In this document: piece after piece, positions 1 through 9,110 of the stretch
Layout: every line of letters begins with the position of its first letter
Numbering within the stretch: the stretch's first letter is position 1
Origin: a virus
IMG/VR virus record: IMGVR_UViG_3300000882_000001
DNA: 28,877 nucleotides
Strand: one strand, 5' to 3'
Program-made: the position numbers and the translations under genes
Notes under the pieces: model-generated
What the model was told of the DNA's origin: nothing
The model's input: the letters and a program-made list of their open reading frames with translations, nothing else
Database searches by the model: none

Positions 1-23
1 GGGGCGGCATGAGCGCCAGCGAG
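1..23. repeat. Terminal overlap identical to 28855-28877 (circular closure or short direct terminal repeat)
   Basis: GGGGCGGCATGAGCGCCAGCGAG is read at both ends of the window. The ORF ending at 28866 and the ORF starting at 9 form an ATGA overlap inside it. Confidence 0.9.
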
Positions 24-236
24 TTGATCGCCCCCATCTACCGCCGCCGGGATCACCACCCGCGCGGGTCGGCGGCGTGGGTGGATCTTGACCGGGCGGT
101 GCTGCTGATCGACCGGGCGCTGTCGCGGCCTGGGCGCGGGTCGATGGTGGAGCTGGCGGAGGCGGAGCGGCTGGTGGAGCGGCGGGCGCCGGAGCTGGCG
201 GGGGATGTGCGGGCGGTGGCGGGGGGTGGGCGATGA
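9..236 (+). CDS. hypothetical small protein (75 aa)
   Basis: The ATG sits in an ATGA overlap with the preceding ORF across the join. The gene ends GGGR-stop inside the conserved junction cassette. Confidence 0.5.
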   Translation: MSASELIAPIYRRRDHHPRGSAAWVDLDRAVLLIDRALSRPGRGSMVELAEAERLVERRAPELAGDVRAVAGGGR

Positions 237-282
237 TGGCGCCGGTGAGGGCGGGTGGTAATTCTTTCCAGTGGAGGGCATG

Positions 283-573
283 ATGAACGCTGAATTCCAG
301 GCTGCGCTGTGGGCGAGCCTCGCGCCGGAGCTTCCCCCCCGGCTGCGGGCCTACGTGGACGGGTTTCTGCAGAACCCGCCCGTTGAGCGCCACCCCGATC
401 CGGCAGTCGAGCTGCTGCGTGCGATGATCCGCGCCATCCTCTGCGCCCATGAGTGCATGCGCCAGGGCAGCATCGGCAGCGACGGATGGACGGGCCAGCA
501 GCAGCACTACCTGATCGTCAGCGCTGACGAGCTGCTGGAGAAGGTGATGAGCGCGGCGGGGGGTGGGCGATGA
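283..573 (+). CDS. hypothetical protein (about 96 aa; alternative starts at 271 and 280)
   Basis: GGAGG at 273-277 lies 5 nt before ATG 283. The gene ends GGGR-stop in the same 19-nt cassette. Confidence 0.55.
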   Translation: MNAEFQAALWASLAPELPPRLRAYVDGFLQNPPVERHPDPAVELLRAMIRAILCAHECMRQGSIGSDGWTGQQQHYLIVSADELLEKVMSAAGGGR

Positions 574-869
574 CCGATCCGGCCACCGTCGCCCTGCTGT
601 CGCGCGCCGCCACCCTGAACGCCATCCTGGAGGTGCTGCTCGACATCGCCATCGAGCAGATGGCCGCGCAGGGTGGCCCAACCGAGGCGGACTACGCCTA
701 CAGCCGCGACGTCGGCATGCGCCTCGCGGGGAGCGGCGATGCCCTCCAGTTCGGCGGCGGGACAGCGGAGCGCAGGCCTGCTGGATCGGGACAGGTCGCG
801 AAGGCATTGGCCCCGCAGGCATGGGCGCCGGGCGGGCTGACGATCAACGGCAGGGAGTGGAGACGATGA
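570..869 (+). CDS. hypothetical protein (99 aa)
   Basis: ATGA overlap with the upstream stop. The composition is protein-like. Confidence 0.5.
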   Translation: MTDPATVALLSRAATLNAILEVLLDIAIEQMAAQGGPTEADYAYSRDVGMRLAGSGDALQFGGGTAERRPAGSGQVAKALAPQAWAPGGLTINGREWRR

Positions 870-1138
870 GACCAGAGAAGGGCTACACCGGGCCGTACAC
901 CGTCTGGTCAGAGGAGATGATCGAGGATCTCCTCTCCCTGCACTCGCAGGGGTACGGCTACCGCACGCTCGCTGAGCAGTTCGACCGCACCCGCGACGCC
1001 GTCCGCTCCATGATCCGGGAGCAGCGGGGGGAGCGCCGCGCAGACCGTGCCAGGGGAGAGCGCCGGTTCCGTGACATGCGCGCGTGGCGGCTGGCGACAA
1101 TGGGCGTGGACGAGACACGGAAGGGGGGCGGGCGATGA
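866..1138 (+). CDS. small helix-turn-helix protein (90 aa), GcrA/Myb-like N-terminal pattern
   Basis: ATGA overlap at 866-869. The pattern WSEEMIEDLLSLHSQGYGYRTLAEQFDRTRDAVRSMI resembles an HTH. The part of ORF 563..1138 upstream of 866 overlaps the 570 gene and is taken as spurious. Confidence 0.55.
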   Translation: MRPEKGYTGPYTVWSEEMIEDLLSLHSQGYGYRTLAEQFDRTRDAVRSMIREQRGERRADRARGERRFRDMRAWRLATMGVDETRKGGGR

Positions 1139-1380
1139 TGGCGCTGCTGCTCCTGGTGCTGGCCTGCGCCGACGCGCCGGAGTGCCTGCCGATCACCGGC
1201 TCATGTCTGCCCGGGCAGAGCGGCTACAGCGAAGTGGAGGCGGGGTGCGTGGTCGCGTCGGCGGAGATCTGCACCGGGGGGTGCATGGCGCTGGAGGTGA
1301 CGGAGACGGAGGGGACGGTGGGATGGGAGTGCGAGGGCAGGATCGGGGAGGTGCGGATCGAGATGGAGAGGAGCCGATGA
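1135..1380 (+). CDS. small Cys-rich lipoprotein (81 aa)
   Basis: MMALLLLVLAC is a signal peptide with an L-A-C lipobox. The mature part has six further Cys. ATGA overlaps occur at both ends. Confidence 0.6.
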   Translation: MMALLLLVLACADAPECLPITGSCLPGQSGYSEVEAGCVVASAEICTGGCMALEVTETEGTVGWECEGRIGEVRIEMERSR

Positions 1381-1613
1381 CCTCGCTGAAGGAGCGGGCC
1401 AGGGCGGCAGGAGGGTCGGCTGAGACGCTGGCTGACATCATCGGCGACCTGCCGGTGGATCGGGTCTCCCAGGTGGCTGGGCTGGCGCGGGGGACGCTGC
1501 GCTACCAGCTCCGGGCGGCGCGGCAGGACGGCCCTCGCGAGTCCACGCTGGCGGCGGTGACGGGGGCGGTACGCCGGCTCAGGAAAGAGAAGGACAGAGA
1601 AGGACAGAGGTGA
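1377..1613 (+). CDS. hypothetical small protein, possible HTH (78 aa)
   Basis: ATGA overlap at 1377-1380. The segment VSQVAGLARGTLRYQL is HTH-like. Confidence 0.5.
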   Translation: MTSLKERARAAGGSAETLADIIGDLPVDRVSQVAGLARGTLRYQLRAARQDGPRESTLAAVTGAVRRLRKEKDREGQR

Positions 1614-2083
1614 GGAGAATCCCCGCCGACTTTGCCAGCCGGAGGGCTGTGGGGGAGAGCCTCGCTGCTCTGTCGAAGCACTACAAGGCGGCGCAGGATA
1701 CTGTAAAAACATGGGATACTTCTGAAGAAGTCCAGTCAGAAATACAGCGTATCCGTGACCAGATCACCGGAGAGGCAGCCGGGCAGCTCGTGGGCGCTGC
1801 CGGGGAGGCCATCGGCGCCGTGCTCGGTGTGCTGCGCGGCACGCCCGCCTGCGACAAGTGCGGGCGCGCGGCGACGGCGGACAGGGACCGGCTGAAGGCG
1901 AGCGAGATGATCCTCGCCAGGATCTCCGGCCTGGAGCCGGGCGAGCGGCGCGAGGTGACCGCCCGTATCGCGCCCGACGCCGGGGCGGATGCGCGGCTGA
2001 TTCTTCAGGAGGCTGCCCTCATCCTCGAAGAGCGCGGGCTGATGGAGCTGGCTGTCGCGGTGCGCGAAGAGTCGCGGCGGTGA
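1610..2083 (+). CDS. terS: putative terminase small subunit (157 aa)
   Basis: GTG start in a GTGA overlap. It lies immediately upstream of terL, with an N-terminal HTH-like region and a C-terminal helical region. The call rests on synteny. Confidence 0.5.
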   Translation: MRRIPADFASRRAVGESLAALSKHYKAAQDTVKTWDTSEEVQSEIQRIRDQITGEAAGQLVGAAGEAIGAVLGVLRGTPACDKCGRAATADRDRLKASEMILARISGLEPGERREVTARIAPDAGADARLILQEAALILEERGLMELAVAVREESRR

Positions 2084-3432
2084 GCGGAGGGCGCGAGACT
2101 GTCGCATCGAGGGCGCGAGCTCGCAGGGATGCGCGACGTACTGCACCGCTGGCTCATGCTCGGCTTTGGGATCGGGAGCTGCCGCGCACCAGCCAGCGAC
2201 GGGCGGCGCAGCTCGCGCTGAGCGGTCGCCGCATCACGATGGTCAACGGCGGCAACCGGGCCGGGAAGACCGACCTGGGCGCGCAGTGGGCAGTCGCGCA
2301 TGCACTCGGTCGGGATCACCCGCACACCCGCGCATGGCTCGAAGCCAACGGCCTCGACGGTCGCCACATCCAGCCGGGGCCGGGCATGGTGTGGGCGGTC
2401 TCGCTGACCTTCCCCGACAGCCGCCGGTACGTCCGCGACAAGCTGGATCGCTACCTCCCGGCCGGAACCCGCTGCCGCAACTGGACAGCGGAGAACGAGG
2501 CGCAGGCGGTGCTGCCGAACGGCGGCAAGATCGTCTGCAAGGCCTGGGCGCAGGGGCGCGAGGGCTTCCAGGGGGACGCGATCCACGCCGTGTGGTGCGA
2601 TGAGGAGCCGGGCGACGAGCCAGCGTGGAACGAACTGCTGATGCGCCTCGCAGACTACGACGGACGCGCGCTCATCACGTTTACTCCGGGGCTGATGGGT
2701 CTGACCTGGGTGTATGAGCGGTACGCGAAGGTGCCTCAGCCGACGGTCGCTGCAACGGTGATTTTCGGCACCGATAACCCGCATGTCTCCCCGGACGTCC
2801 TGCGCGAGCTGCTCAGCCAGTTCGGCGCAGGCGAGCGGGCGGCGAGAGAGCGCGGCGAGTGGGTACAGCTCGAAGGGCGCGTCTGGCCCCAGTGGCGGCG
2901 CGATCTACATGTCGTCGCGGCGGCAGCGCTGCCAGCCCAGTGGCGCAGGTGGCGTAGCATAGACTTCGGGGTGCGCGATCCGTTCTGCTGTCTGTGGGCG
3001 GCGCGCGATCCGTCGTCGGGTCTGCTGCACATCTACCGGTGTTTCTACCGGACGCAGTACACCACCGGGCAGAACGGGCTGGAAGTCAAGCAACTGACCG
3101 GTGCCGAGGTCGTCGAGGCGACGGTGGCGGACAGCGCCGGGCTGGACCAGCGCCGGACGCTGGCGGCGGAGTGCGGGATCGTGACTGCAGCCAGCCCGAA
3201 GGACATACGCGAGGGCGTCAACGCGGTGGCTGAGCTGCTGGAGCCGGACGCGGAGGGCAGGCCCGGCCTGGTGGTGCACGAGTGCTGCACTGACCTGATC
3301 CGGGAGATGGAGGGCTACCGGTGGGCGGATAAGGTGCGCGAGGTGCCGGTGGACAAGGACAACCACAGCCTCGACGCGCTGCGCTACCTGTGCCTCTGGC
3401 TGAAGCGCGTCCGGGGTGCCGGGGCGTCCTGA
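2080..3432 (+). CDS. terL: terminase large subunit
   Basis: Walker A NGGNRAGKT and Walker B VWCDEEP are present, followed by a C-terminal nuclease-like region. The GTG start sits in a GTGA overlap with terS. The longer ORF from 1858 overlaps terS and is rejected. Confidence 0.9.
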   Translation: MSGGRETVASRARARRDARRTAPLAHARLWDRELPRTSQRRAAQLALSGRRITMVNGGNRAGKTDLGAQWAVAHALGRDHPHTRAWLEANGLDGRHIQPGPGMVWAVSLTFPDSRRYVRDKLDRYLPAGTRCRNWTAENEAQAVLPNGGKIVCKAWAQGREGFQGDAIHAVWCDEEPGDEPAWNELLMRLADYDGRALITFTPGLMGLTWVYERYAKVPQPTVAATVIFGTDNPHVSPDVLRELLSQFGAGERAARERGEWVQLEGRVWPQWRRDLHVVAAAALPAQWRRWRSIDFGVRDPFCCLWAARDPSSGLLHIYRCFYRTQYTTGQNGLEVKQLTGAEVVEATVADSAGLDQRRTLAAECGIVTAASPKDIREGVNAVAELLEPDAEGRPGLVVHECCTDLIREMEGYRWADKVREVPVDKDNHSLDALRYLCLWLKRVRGAGAS

Positions 3433-3478
3433 CCTATTTGACCGTTGCGCCGCCGCCAGCACCCCATATTCTGTACAG

Positions 3479-5926
3479 ATGGGCTGGTTCACCTCGATAC
3501 TACGCGCCGCCGGGCTGATGGAGGAGGCACCGAAGCCTCCACCTGCCGGTGCCGGTGTGGGCCAGCCGACCGCCCCCGACTTCGGCGTACATGCCAGCCT
3601 GACGGCGTTCGCGCAATTCCCGTGGGTGCGTGCCTGCGTCGATGCCATCAGCACCGATCTGGCCGGGCTGCCGGTGCGGATCGTGCGGGGGGATGGGGAG
3701 GCGTCGGAGGTGGTAGACATCCCCGCCCTGCGCGCCCTCCTGGAGCGCCCGACGTCATGGCAGACCCGGAGCGAGTGGATGGCGACGCTGATCGCCCACC
3801 TGCTGCTCCCCGGCAACGCCTTCGCGCTGATGGTCGGGCAGGCCGGGCGGCTGCCGGACAGCCTGCCGCTGCTCCATCCCGAGCTCACCCGCGTCGTGCC
3901 GGGCGCGTTCGGTGGCCCCGCCGGCTACGAGTACAGCCCCCCCGGCGGCGTGGCTGTCGGCTACGACGTGGATCTCTTGATCCACTGGCGGCTCACCGCA
4001 TGGCAGTACGGACCCCAGGGACTGCTCGGAGAGGGGCTGATCCGCGCGCTCACCGCCGACCTCAACGCCGACCTCAACGCCGCGCGCCTGGCCGCGACGA
4101 CTGCCCGGCAGGGCCGCCCGTCGGCGGTGTTCAGCCCGTCAGCCGAGGGCGACATGTGGCCCAAGGAGGTGCGCGAGGAGATCGCCAACGCCTATGGCCG
4201 GATCGTCAGCGAGAACCGCCCCGCGATGGTGCTGTCTTCAGGCACGAAGGTGGAATTCCCATCCTTCACGCCGCGTGACCTGGAGTTCAGCGAGGCCCGC
4301 GCCCTGACGCGCGAGACCGTGCTGGCTGCGTTCGGCGTGCCGCCCACCCGGGTCGGGCTGCCCAGCGCCAACTACGCGACGGCCCGCGAGCAGTCGAACA
4401 TCTACTGGCACCGGCTCCAGGGACTCGCGCGCCAGATCGATGCCGGGCTGACGCGGATCGCCAAGCGGCTCGACCCGTCGTTGAGCGTCCGACACGACTT
4501 CAGCGGCGTGGACGCGCTGCAGGAGGCGCGTACCGCCCGCCTCGACCGCGTATCGACCTGGGTGCTGCTCGGTGCGGATCCTGCCGCAGCCGCCGCCTAT
4601 GAGGGCTTCGACGACGCCCCCGTGCAGACGGCAGATGAGCAGCCGCAGGCGCAGTCCCTCGCTGTCGGTGAGCGTGGCCGCGTGCTGTCGATGCGGGCCG
4701 CCTCTCCCTCCCTGGAGCTGTGGCTGGGCGGCGCAGCTCGCGCCATCGACCCGGACGCGCCCGACCTCGACGACAGCGCCTACGCCCGCCCGCCGCATGC
4801 CTATGTCGCGGCGCTCCAGGGAGAGTACCCGGAGATCTGGAGCGCGGGCGGAACCGAGCGGGGCGGCGAAGCGTTCGAGTACTGGACGAAGTACCAGGGC
4901 GGCGACCGCTCCAAGGCGGTCCTCGACTGGGTGATGGAGCGCGAGGCATGGGCCGCCCGCCACTTCGACAACGGCGACGCCTTCGCCGGGCCCTCCCCGG
5001 AGTCGCCGACGCTCTCGAACATCGGCGGCGTCGTCGCCTGGATGAAGTGGGGCGTCGTCGGGCAGCTCGGCTGGGACAAGATGAAGTCCCTGATCGAGAC
5101 CCTGAAGGGCGAGCTCGACGGGCAGGATGAGGAGAAGGCGCGCGAGGCCGGGCTGGTGGCGGTGTGGCGCGGCTGGGTCGATGAGGTGCACGAGCCGAGC
5201 GAGAAGGAACTGGCGCTGTCGATGCGCCGCGCCCTGAAGCGGCAGTCAGAGGTGATCGCAGAGCGGCTTGCCAGCCTGGAGGCCCGCAGCCTGCGCCGCG
5301 ACGTCCTCGACGTGGTGCTGGCGACCATCTTCCCTGACAGCGTGCGGAGCCTGCTGGCGGAGATCGCCCGCAACGCGATGCAGCGGGCCGTCCGGGTCGC
5401 CTGGGGCCGGGCTGCGCGCGAGGTCGGCGCGACGCTCGACAAGGCCGCCGCCGACGCGCTGGCGGAGAGCCTGCTCAGCCGGGCGGTCGGGCAGATCAAC
5501 CTCGCCACCGGGGATGCCATCCTGGCGATCCTCGCAGACGGGCTGGCCGGCGGCGCGACCATCGGCGATCTCCAGGGGCGCATCATGGACGCGACCGCGT
5601 TCGGCCCCGCCCGCAGCCTCGCCATCGCCCGCACCGAGACCACGCGGGCGGCGGCCACCAGCTCGACAGCGGCCTGGCGCGCGGCCGGAGAGGCCAGCGG
5701 CACCACGATCCGCCGCCGCTGGCTGGCTGCCCGCGATGGCTCGACGCGCGAGGCTCACCGGGCGCTCGACGGGCAGGAAGTGGACCTGGGCGAGATGTTC
5801 GTGGTGCCGGTCGGCGGCGGGGATCATGTGGGCGCGAAGGGTTCGGGGCCGGGCGAGTTCTCGGCTCCGGGGATGTGCGTGAATTGCAGGTGCACCATCG
5901 TCCCGGTGGTGAAGGAGTCAGCGTGA
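3479..5926 (+). CDS. portal protein (HK97-type) fused to a C-terminal MuF/SPP1 gp7-like head morphogenesis domain
   Basis: The N-terminal 400 aa show a portal pattern (PGNAF, VFSPSAEG, FGVPPTRVG). The C-terminus shows a MuF pattern (RDGSTREAHRALDGQ, CVNCRCT). It is one uninterrupted frame. An alternative GTG start is at 3416. Confidence 0.85.
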   Translation: MGWFTSILRAAGLMEEAPKPPPAGAGVGQPTAPDFGVHASLTAFAQFPWVRACVDAISTDLAGLPVRIVRGDGEASEVVDIPALRALLERPTSWQTRSEWMATLIAHLLLPGNAFALMVGQAGRLPDSLPLLHPELTRVVPGAFGGPAGYEYSPPGGVAVGYDVDLLIHWRLTAWQYGPQGLLGEGLIRALTADLNADLNAARLAATTARQGRPSAVFSPSAEGDMWPKEVREEIANAYGRIVSENRPAMVLSSGTKVEFPSFTPRDLEFSEARALTRETVLAAFGVPPTRVGLPSANYATAREQSNIYWHRLQGLARQIDAGLTRIAKRLDPSLSVRHDFSGVDALQEARTARLDRVSTWVLLGADPAAAAAYEGFDDAPVQTADEQPQAQSLAVGERGRVLSMRAASPSLELWLGGAARAIDPDAPDLDDSAYARPPHAYVAALQGEYPEIWSAGGTERGGEAFEYWTKYQGGDRSKAVLDWVMEREAWAARHFDNGDAFAGPSPESPTLSNIGGVVAWMKWGVVGQLGWDKMKSLIETLKGELDGQDEEKAREAGLVAVWRGWVDEVHEPSEKELALSMRRALKRQSEVIAERLASLEARSLRRDVLDVVLATIFPDSVRSLLAEIARNAMQRAVRVAWGRAAREVGATLDKAAADALAESLLSRAVGQINLATGDAILAILADGLAGGATIGDLQGRIMDATAFGPARSLAIARTETTRAAATSSTAAWRAAGEASGTTIRRRWLAARDGSTREAHRALDGQEVDLGEMFVVPVGGGDHVGAKGSGPGEFSAPGMCVNCRCTIVPVVKESA

Positions 5927-6573
5927 ACGTGGTCAGAAGGCTCTTCCTCGTACAGCGGGCGACCCCGCCGACCGACGACGGCGCGACGTTCATCGCCAGC
6001 ACCGCCGCGTCTGACCGCTACGGCGATGTGGTGGATCAGGCCTCCTGGAAGCTCGACAGCTACAAGCTCAACCCGGTCATCCAGATCGACCACGACTACA
6101 GCGCTGAGAGCACCGTCGGGCGCGCTGCTGCTGTCGAGGTGCGCGACGGCGCGCTCGTCGTCGATGTGAAGTGGGGCTCTGACGAGCGGAGCCAGCGCAT
6201 CGGCCAGAAGGTCAAGGACGGCCTGCTGTCGGCGGTCTCCGTCGGCTTCATCCCCGGCCGCGCCACCCGCCGCAGCGAGTTCCCCGCCGACGACCCCTAC
6301 TACGCCGACGGGAAAGAGAACCCCTACGGCTACGCCTACTACGACAACGAGCTGCTGGAGATCTCCGTCGTCGCGGTGCCTGCCAACCAGGAGGCCCTCG
6401 CCCAGCGCTCGGCTCCTGCGCCCGTTCCCGGCCTCAGCGAGCCGGACGTCGAGCGCATCATCTCCCGTCTCCTGCCTCGCCTCCTGGCGGCGCGCGAGCT
6501 GTCCGCCCCCGTCCCCCCTGCCCCTACCCCTGATACCAGCCTGGAGTCCTGGCTGGCCGGAGCACCCCGATGA
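5923..6573 (+). CDS. HK97-family prohead protease (S78-like)
   Basis: Motifs: ASTAASDRYGDVV, NPVIQIDHDY, LSAVSVGF, EISVVAVPAN. GAAGGAG lies 5 nt before a GTG that sits in a GTGA overlap. Confidence 0.85.
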   Translation: MNVVRRLFLVQRATPPTDDGATFIASTAASDRYGDVVDQASWKLDSYKLNPVIQIDHDYSAESTVGRAAAVEVRDGALVVDVKWGSDERSQRIGQKVKDGLLSAVSVGFIPGRATRRSEFPADDPYYADGKENPYGYAYYDNELLEISVVAVPANQEALAQRSAPAPVPGLSEPDVERIISRLLPRLLAARELSAPVPPAPTPDTSLESWLAGAPR

Positions 6574-8003
6574 CCCCGAATGAAGTGATCGAATTTGTCA
6601 AGGAGGCCAAGGCTGTCCTCCCCCGCACCGCCGCCGCTATCGAAGACCTGTCGAACAAGTACCAGCGCCTGTCCGAGCGTCAGCTCGACAATGCCCGCGA
6701 GGCCCGGCCCACCGGGGAGAGCGTCACCAAGTTCATCAAGGCTGACGGCTCTGTAGCGCTGAAGGGCGGCGTCGAGCGCATCACCTTCGCGGGCAAGTCT
6801 GTCGAAGTGGAGCGCGAGGGGCTCCTCGATGGCGCGCCCTGCGATGAGTGGCACGTCGATCTGCTCCGCCTCAGCGCGGCGCGTCACACCGCCCGCCGCC
6901 TGCTGTCGAAGGGTCACCGGATGGCAGAGACCCCGGTGCTCGACGCCAAGATCCTGTCGCACGCGGCGAAGGCCCCGGCCTCGATCCGCAGCGCCCTGGA
7001 GAAGACCATCGAGAAGTCGATGAGCGACACCGCCGGCAGCGGCGCGGAGTGGATCCCCGACACCTGGAGCCAGCAGCTCTATGAGGAGTACTACACGCCT
7101 GCCGGGATCGACGCGCTCTTCAACGTCGTGGACATCCCCGGCCCCATCGTGGTGCCGTCGATCACCGACATCATCCGGCCCTACCTGAAGGGCAAGGTCA
7201 CCAGCGACGACCCCGCGCAGTACACCGCCTCGACGCCGACGACCGCCAACACCACCATCGAGCCGGTGGGCTTTGCGGCGCGCGTCCTGATCGACGACGC
7301 GGCCGCCGAAGACAGCATCGTGCCGCTGCTGCCTGAGATCCAGCGCCGCCTCTCCCGCGCCCTGCGCGACGGGTACGAGGATGCGATGGTGAACGGCGAT
7401 TCCACCGCGACGCATGAGGATGCGATCGCGACGTGGAACGCCCGCAGCCGCTGGGGCGCTTCCGGCCTGGGCGGGGCGTCCGATCACCGCCGCGCCTTCA
7501 AGGGTCTGCGCCGCATCGCCGTCGACCGCAGCACCACCACCGATCAGAGCGCCGGGCAGACCGTCGCGAAGGTCATGGAGGAGCTGATGGGCGGCCTCGG
7601 TGAGCGCGGCAGCATGGACGCCGTGATCCTGGTCTCCCCGGAAGTCTTCTTCAAGAAGCTGATGACGGACAGCAACGTCCTCACCGTGGACAAGCTCGGA
7701 CAGAATGCCACCCTGCTGCGCGGCCAGCTCGCGGCCATCAGCGGCGTGCCTGTGGTGATGACCCGCTGGCTCACGGCGGACATGGCGACCACCGGGCTGT
7801 ACACCGGCTCCGGCGCCAAGAGCGGCGTGCTGGTCGTGTCCCGCGAGGAGTTCAGCCACTACCAGCGCCGGGCGTCCCTGGTGGAGCTCGACAAGGACAT
7901 CACGCGCGGCGCGTTCAACCTCGTGGCCACCCTGCGCCGCACCTTCAAGACGCTCTCCGGCAGCAGCTCCAAGGTCGTCACCTACGGCTACAACTGGCTC
8001 TGA
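6570..8003 (+). CDS. major capsid protein (HK97 fold) with N-terminal delta/scaffold-like region
   Basis: It follows the protease with an ATGA overlap. It is 477 aa with a coiled-coil N-terminus followed by a capsid-like body. Confidence 0.85.
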   Translation: MTPNEVIEFVKEAKAVLPRTAAAIEDLSNKYQRLSERQLDNAREARPTGESVTKFIKADGSVALKGGVERITFAGKSVEVEREGLLDGAPCDEWHVDLLRLSAARHTARRLLSKGHRMAETPVLDAKILSHAAKAPASIRSALEKTIEKSMSDTAGSGAEWIPDTWSQQLYEEYYTPAGIDALFNVVDIPGPIVVPSITDIIRPYLKGKVTSDDPAQYTASTPTTANTTIEPVGFAARVLIDDAAAEDSIVPLLPEIQRRLSRALRDGYEDAMVNGDSTATHEDAIATWNARSRWGASGLGGASDHRRAFKGLRRIAVDRSTTTDQSAGQTVAKVMEELMGGLGERGSMDAVILVSPEVFFKKLMTDSNVLTVDKLGQNATLLRGQLAAISGVPVVMTRWLTADMATTGLYTGSGAKSGVLVVSREEFSHYQRRASLVELDKDITRGAFNLVATLRRTFKTLSGSSSKVVTYGYNWL

Positions 8004-8008
8004 TCTGA

Positions 8009-8031
8009 CGGGCGGTCTCGCTGGCCGCCCG
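8009..8031 (+). terminator. GC-rich hairpin after the capsid gene (possible attenuator or terminator, no U-tract)
   Basis: CGGGCGG (8009-8015) pairs with CCGCCCG (8025-8031). Confidence 0.3.
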
Positions 8032-8072
8032 CTCCCCGCCTCCCCGCACCACCTCCCTCCCCTGGAACCCCA

Positions 8073-8456
8073 ATGAACACTCAGTCAGGCCAGATCGGCG
8101 TCAGCGGAACGAACGCCGCAGACACCAACTACATCATGAATCCGTACCCGTTCAAGGTGCGGGTCAGCGCGATCAGCATCCTGCCGAAGACGGCGGTCTC
8201 GACGCACGCCAGCAACTACATCACCACCAGCATCAAGAAGGCGTCGGCGACGCTGGCCGCGCACACCACGAACAGCAGCGGCGGCAGCGCCCTGGCGGCC
8301 GGCTCGGTGAAGGGCCTGTCCATCACTGGCACCGGGCTGGATCTGGAGATCGATGCTGGCGGCGTGATCACCGTCGAGGTCGCCAACACCGGAACCGGCC
8401 CTGCGTACAACCACGAGGTCGTCTGCCAGCTCACCCCGATCCGCGACCTCACCTGA
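8073..8456 (+). CDS. hypothetical structural protein (127 aa), possible head decoration protein
   Basis: It sits directly after the capsid gene. The sequence is Ser/Thr/Asn/Gly rich and beta-strand-like, and looks lower in GC than its neighbours. Confidence 0.5.
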   Translation: MNTQSGQIGVSGTNAADTNYIMNPYPFKVRVSAISILPKTAVSTHASNYITTSIKKASATLAAHTTNSSGGSALAAGSVKGLSITGTGLDLEIDAGGVITVEVANTGTGPAYNHEVVCQLTPIRDLT

Positions 8457-8495
8457 TGCACCGCGCCGTACTGGCGCCGTACCGGAGACCGCCCA

Positions 8496-9110
8496 ATGGC
8501 ACTGATCAGCACTTCAGAGGCAAAGCAGATGATCCCCGCGCTCTCTTCTGGGAGCACGGAGGACACGCTGCTGACCTCGCTGATCAGCGCTGTGGGGGCG
8601 GCGATGGCGGCCTGGTGCGGCTACCCGTCGGTATCAGCGGGTGCTGCGCCGACGATGGAGAGCGCCACCTACACCCGGTACCAGGACGGGCCGGGTGAGC
8701 GGCTGCTGGTGCTGGATGTCTGGCCGGTGACGAGCATCACCAGCATCTACGACAGCCAGGACCGCAGCTACCGGGCGTCCGATCAGGTCGCCTCCGGTGA
8801 CTTCACTCTGGTCGAAGGCGAGCGCGGGCTCGTCGAGCTGGACTGGGACGCCAGCCACGGATCGTGGTCCACAGCCCGCCGCGCCATCAAGAGCACCTAC
8901 GTCGCGGGCTGGGCGACGGTGCCGGAGAACCTCAAGCAGGCGGCCCGCATCGCCGTCCGCGCCCTCTACGACAAGCGGCAGACGCTCTCGTTCACCTCTC
9001 AGAGCGTCGGCGGCGCGTCGGTCGGGCTGGTCACGCCCGCCGATCTGCCTGCCGAGACGAAACAATTGTTAGCGCCGTACCGCCTGCCGCGCGCCCTGGT
9101 GCCGGTATGA
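8496..9110 (+). CDS. head-tail connector/adaptor (gp6-like) with C-terminal extension
   Basis: N-terminal pattern ISTSEAKQMIP..DTLLTSLISAVGAAMAAWCGYP and a later STYVAGW..PENLKQAARIAVRALYDKR. Confidence 0.7.
   Translation: MALISTSEAKQMIPALSSGSTEDTLLTSLISAVGAAMAAWCGYPSVSAGAAPTMESATYTRYQDGPGERLLVLDVWPVTSITSIYDSQDRSYRASDQVASGDFTLVEGERGLVELDWDASHGSWSTARRAIKSTYVAGWATVPENLKQAARIAVRALYDKRQTLSFTSQSVGGASVGLVTPADLPAETKQLLAPYRLPRALVPV

Noticed and set aside
1858-2079. Long N-terminal extensions of real genes in the ORF track: terL from 1858, 563..865, 1047..1376, 8864..9106, 11735..11815, 14935..15195, 18232..18288, 18261..18893, 23506..23688(-), 25884..26108
   Set aside because: Each extension overlaps the preceding gene in another frame and is Arg/Gly/Pro-rich. 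In every case an internal ATG or GTG sits exactly in a 4-nt or 1-nt overlap with the upstream stop.
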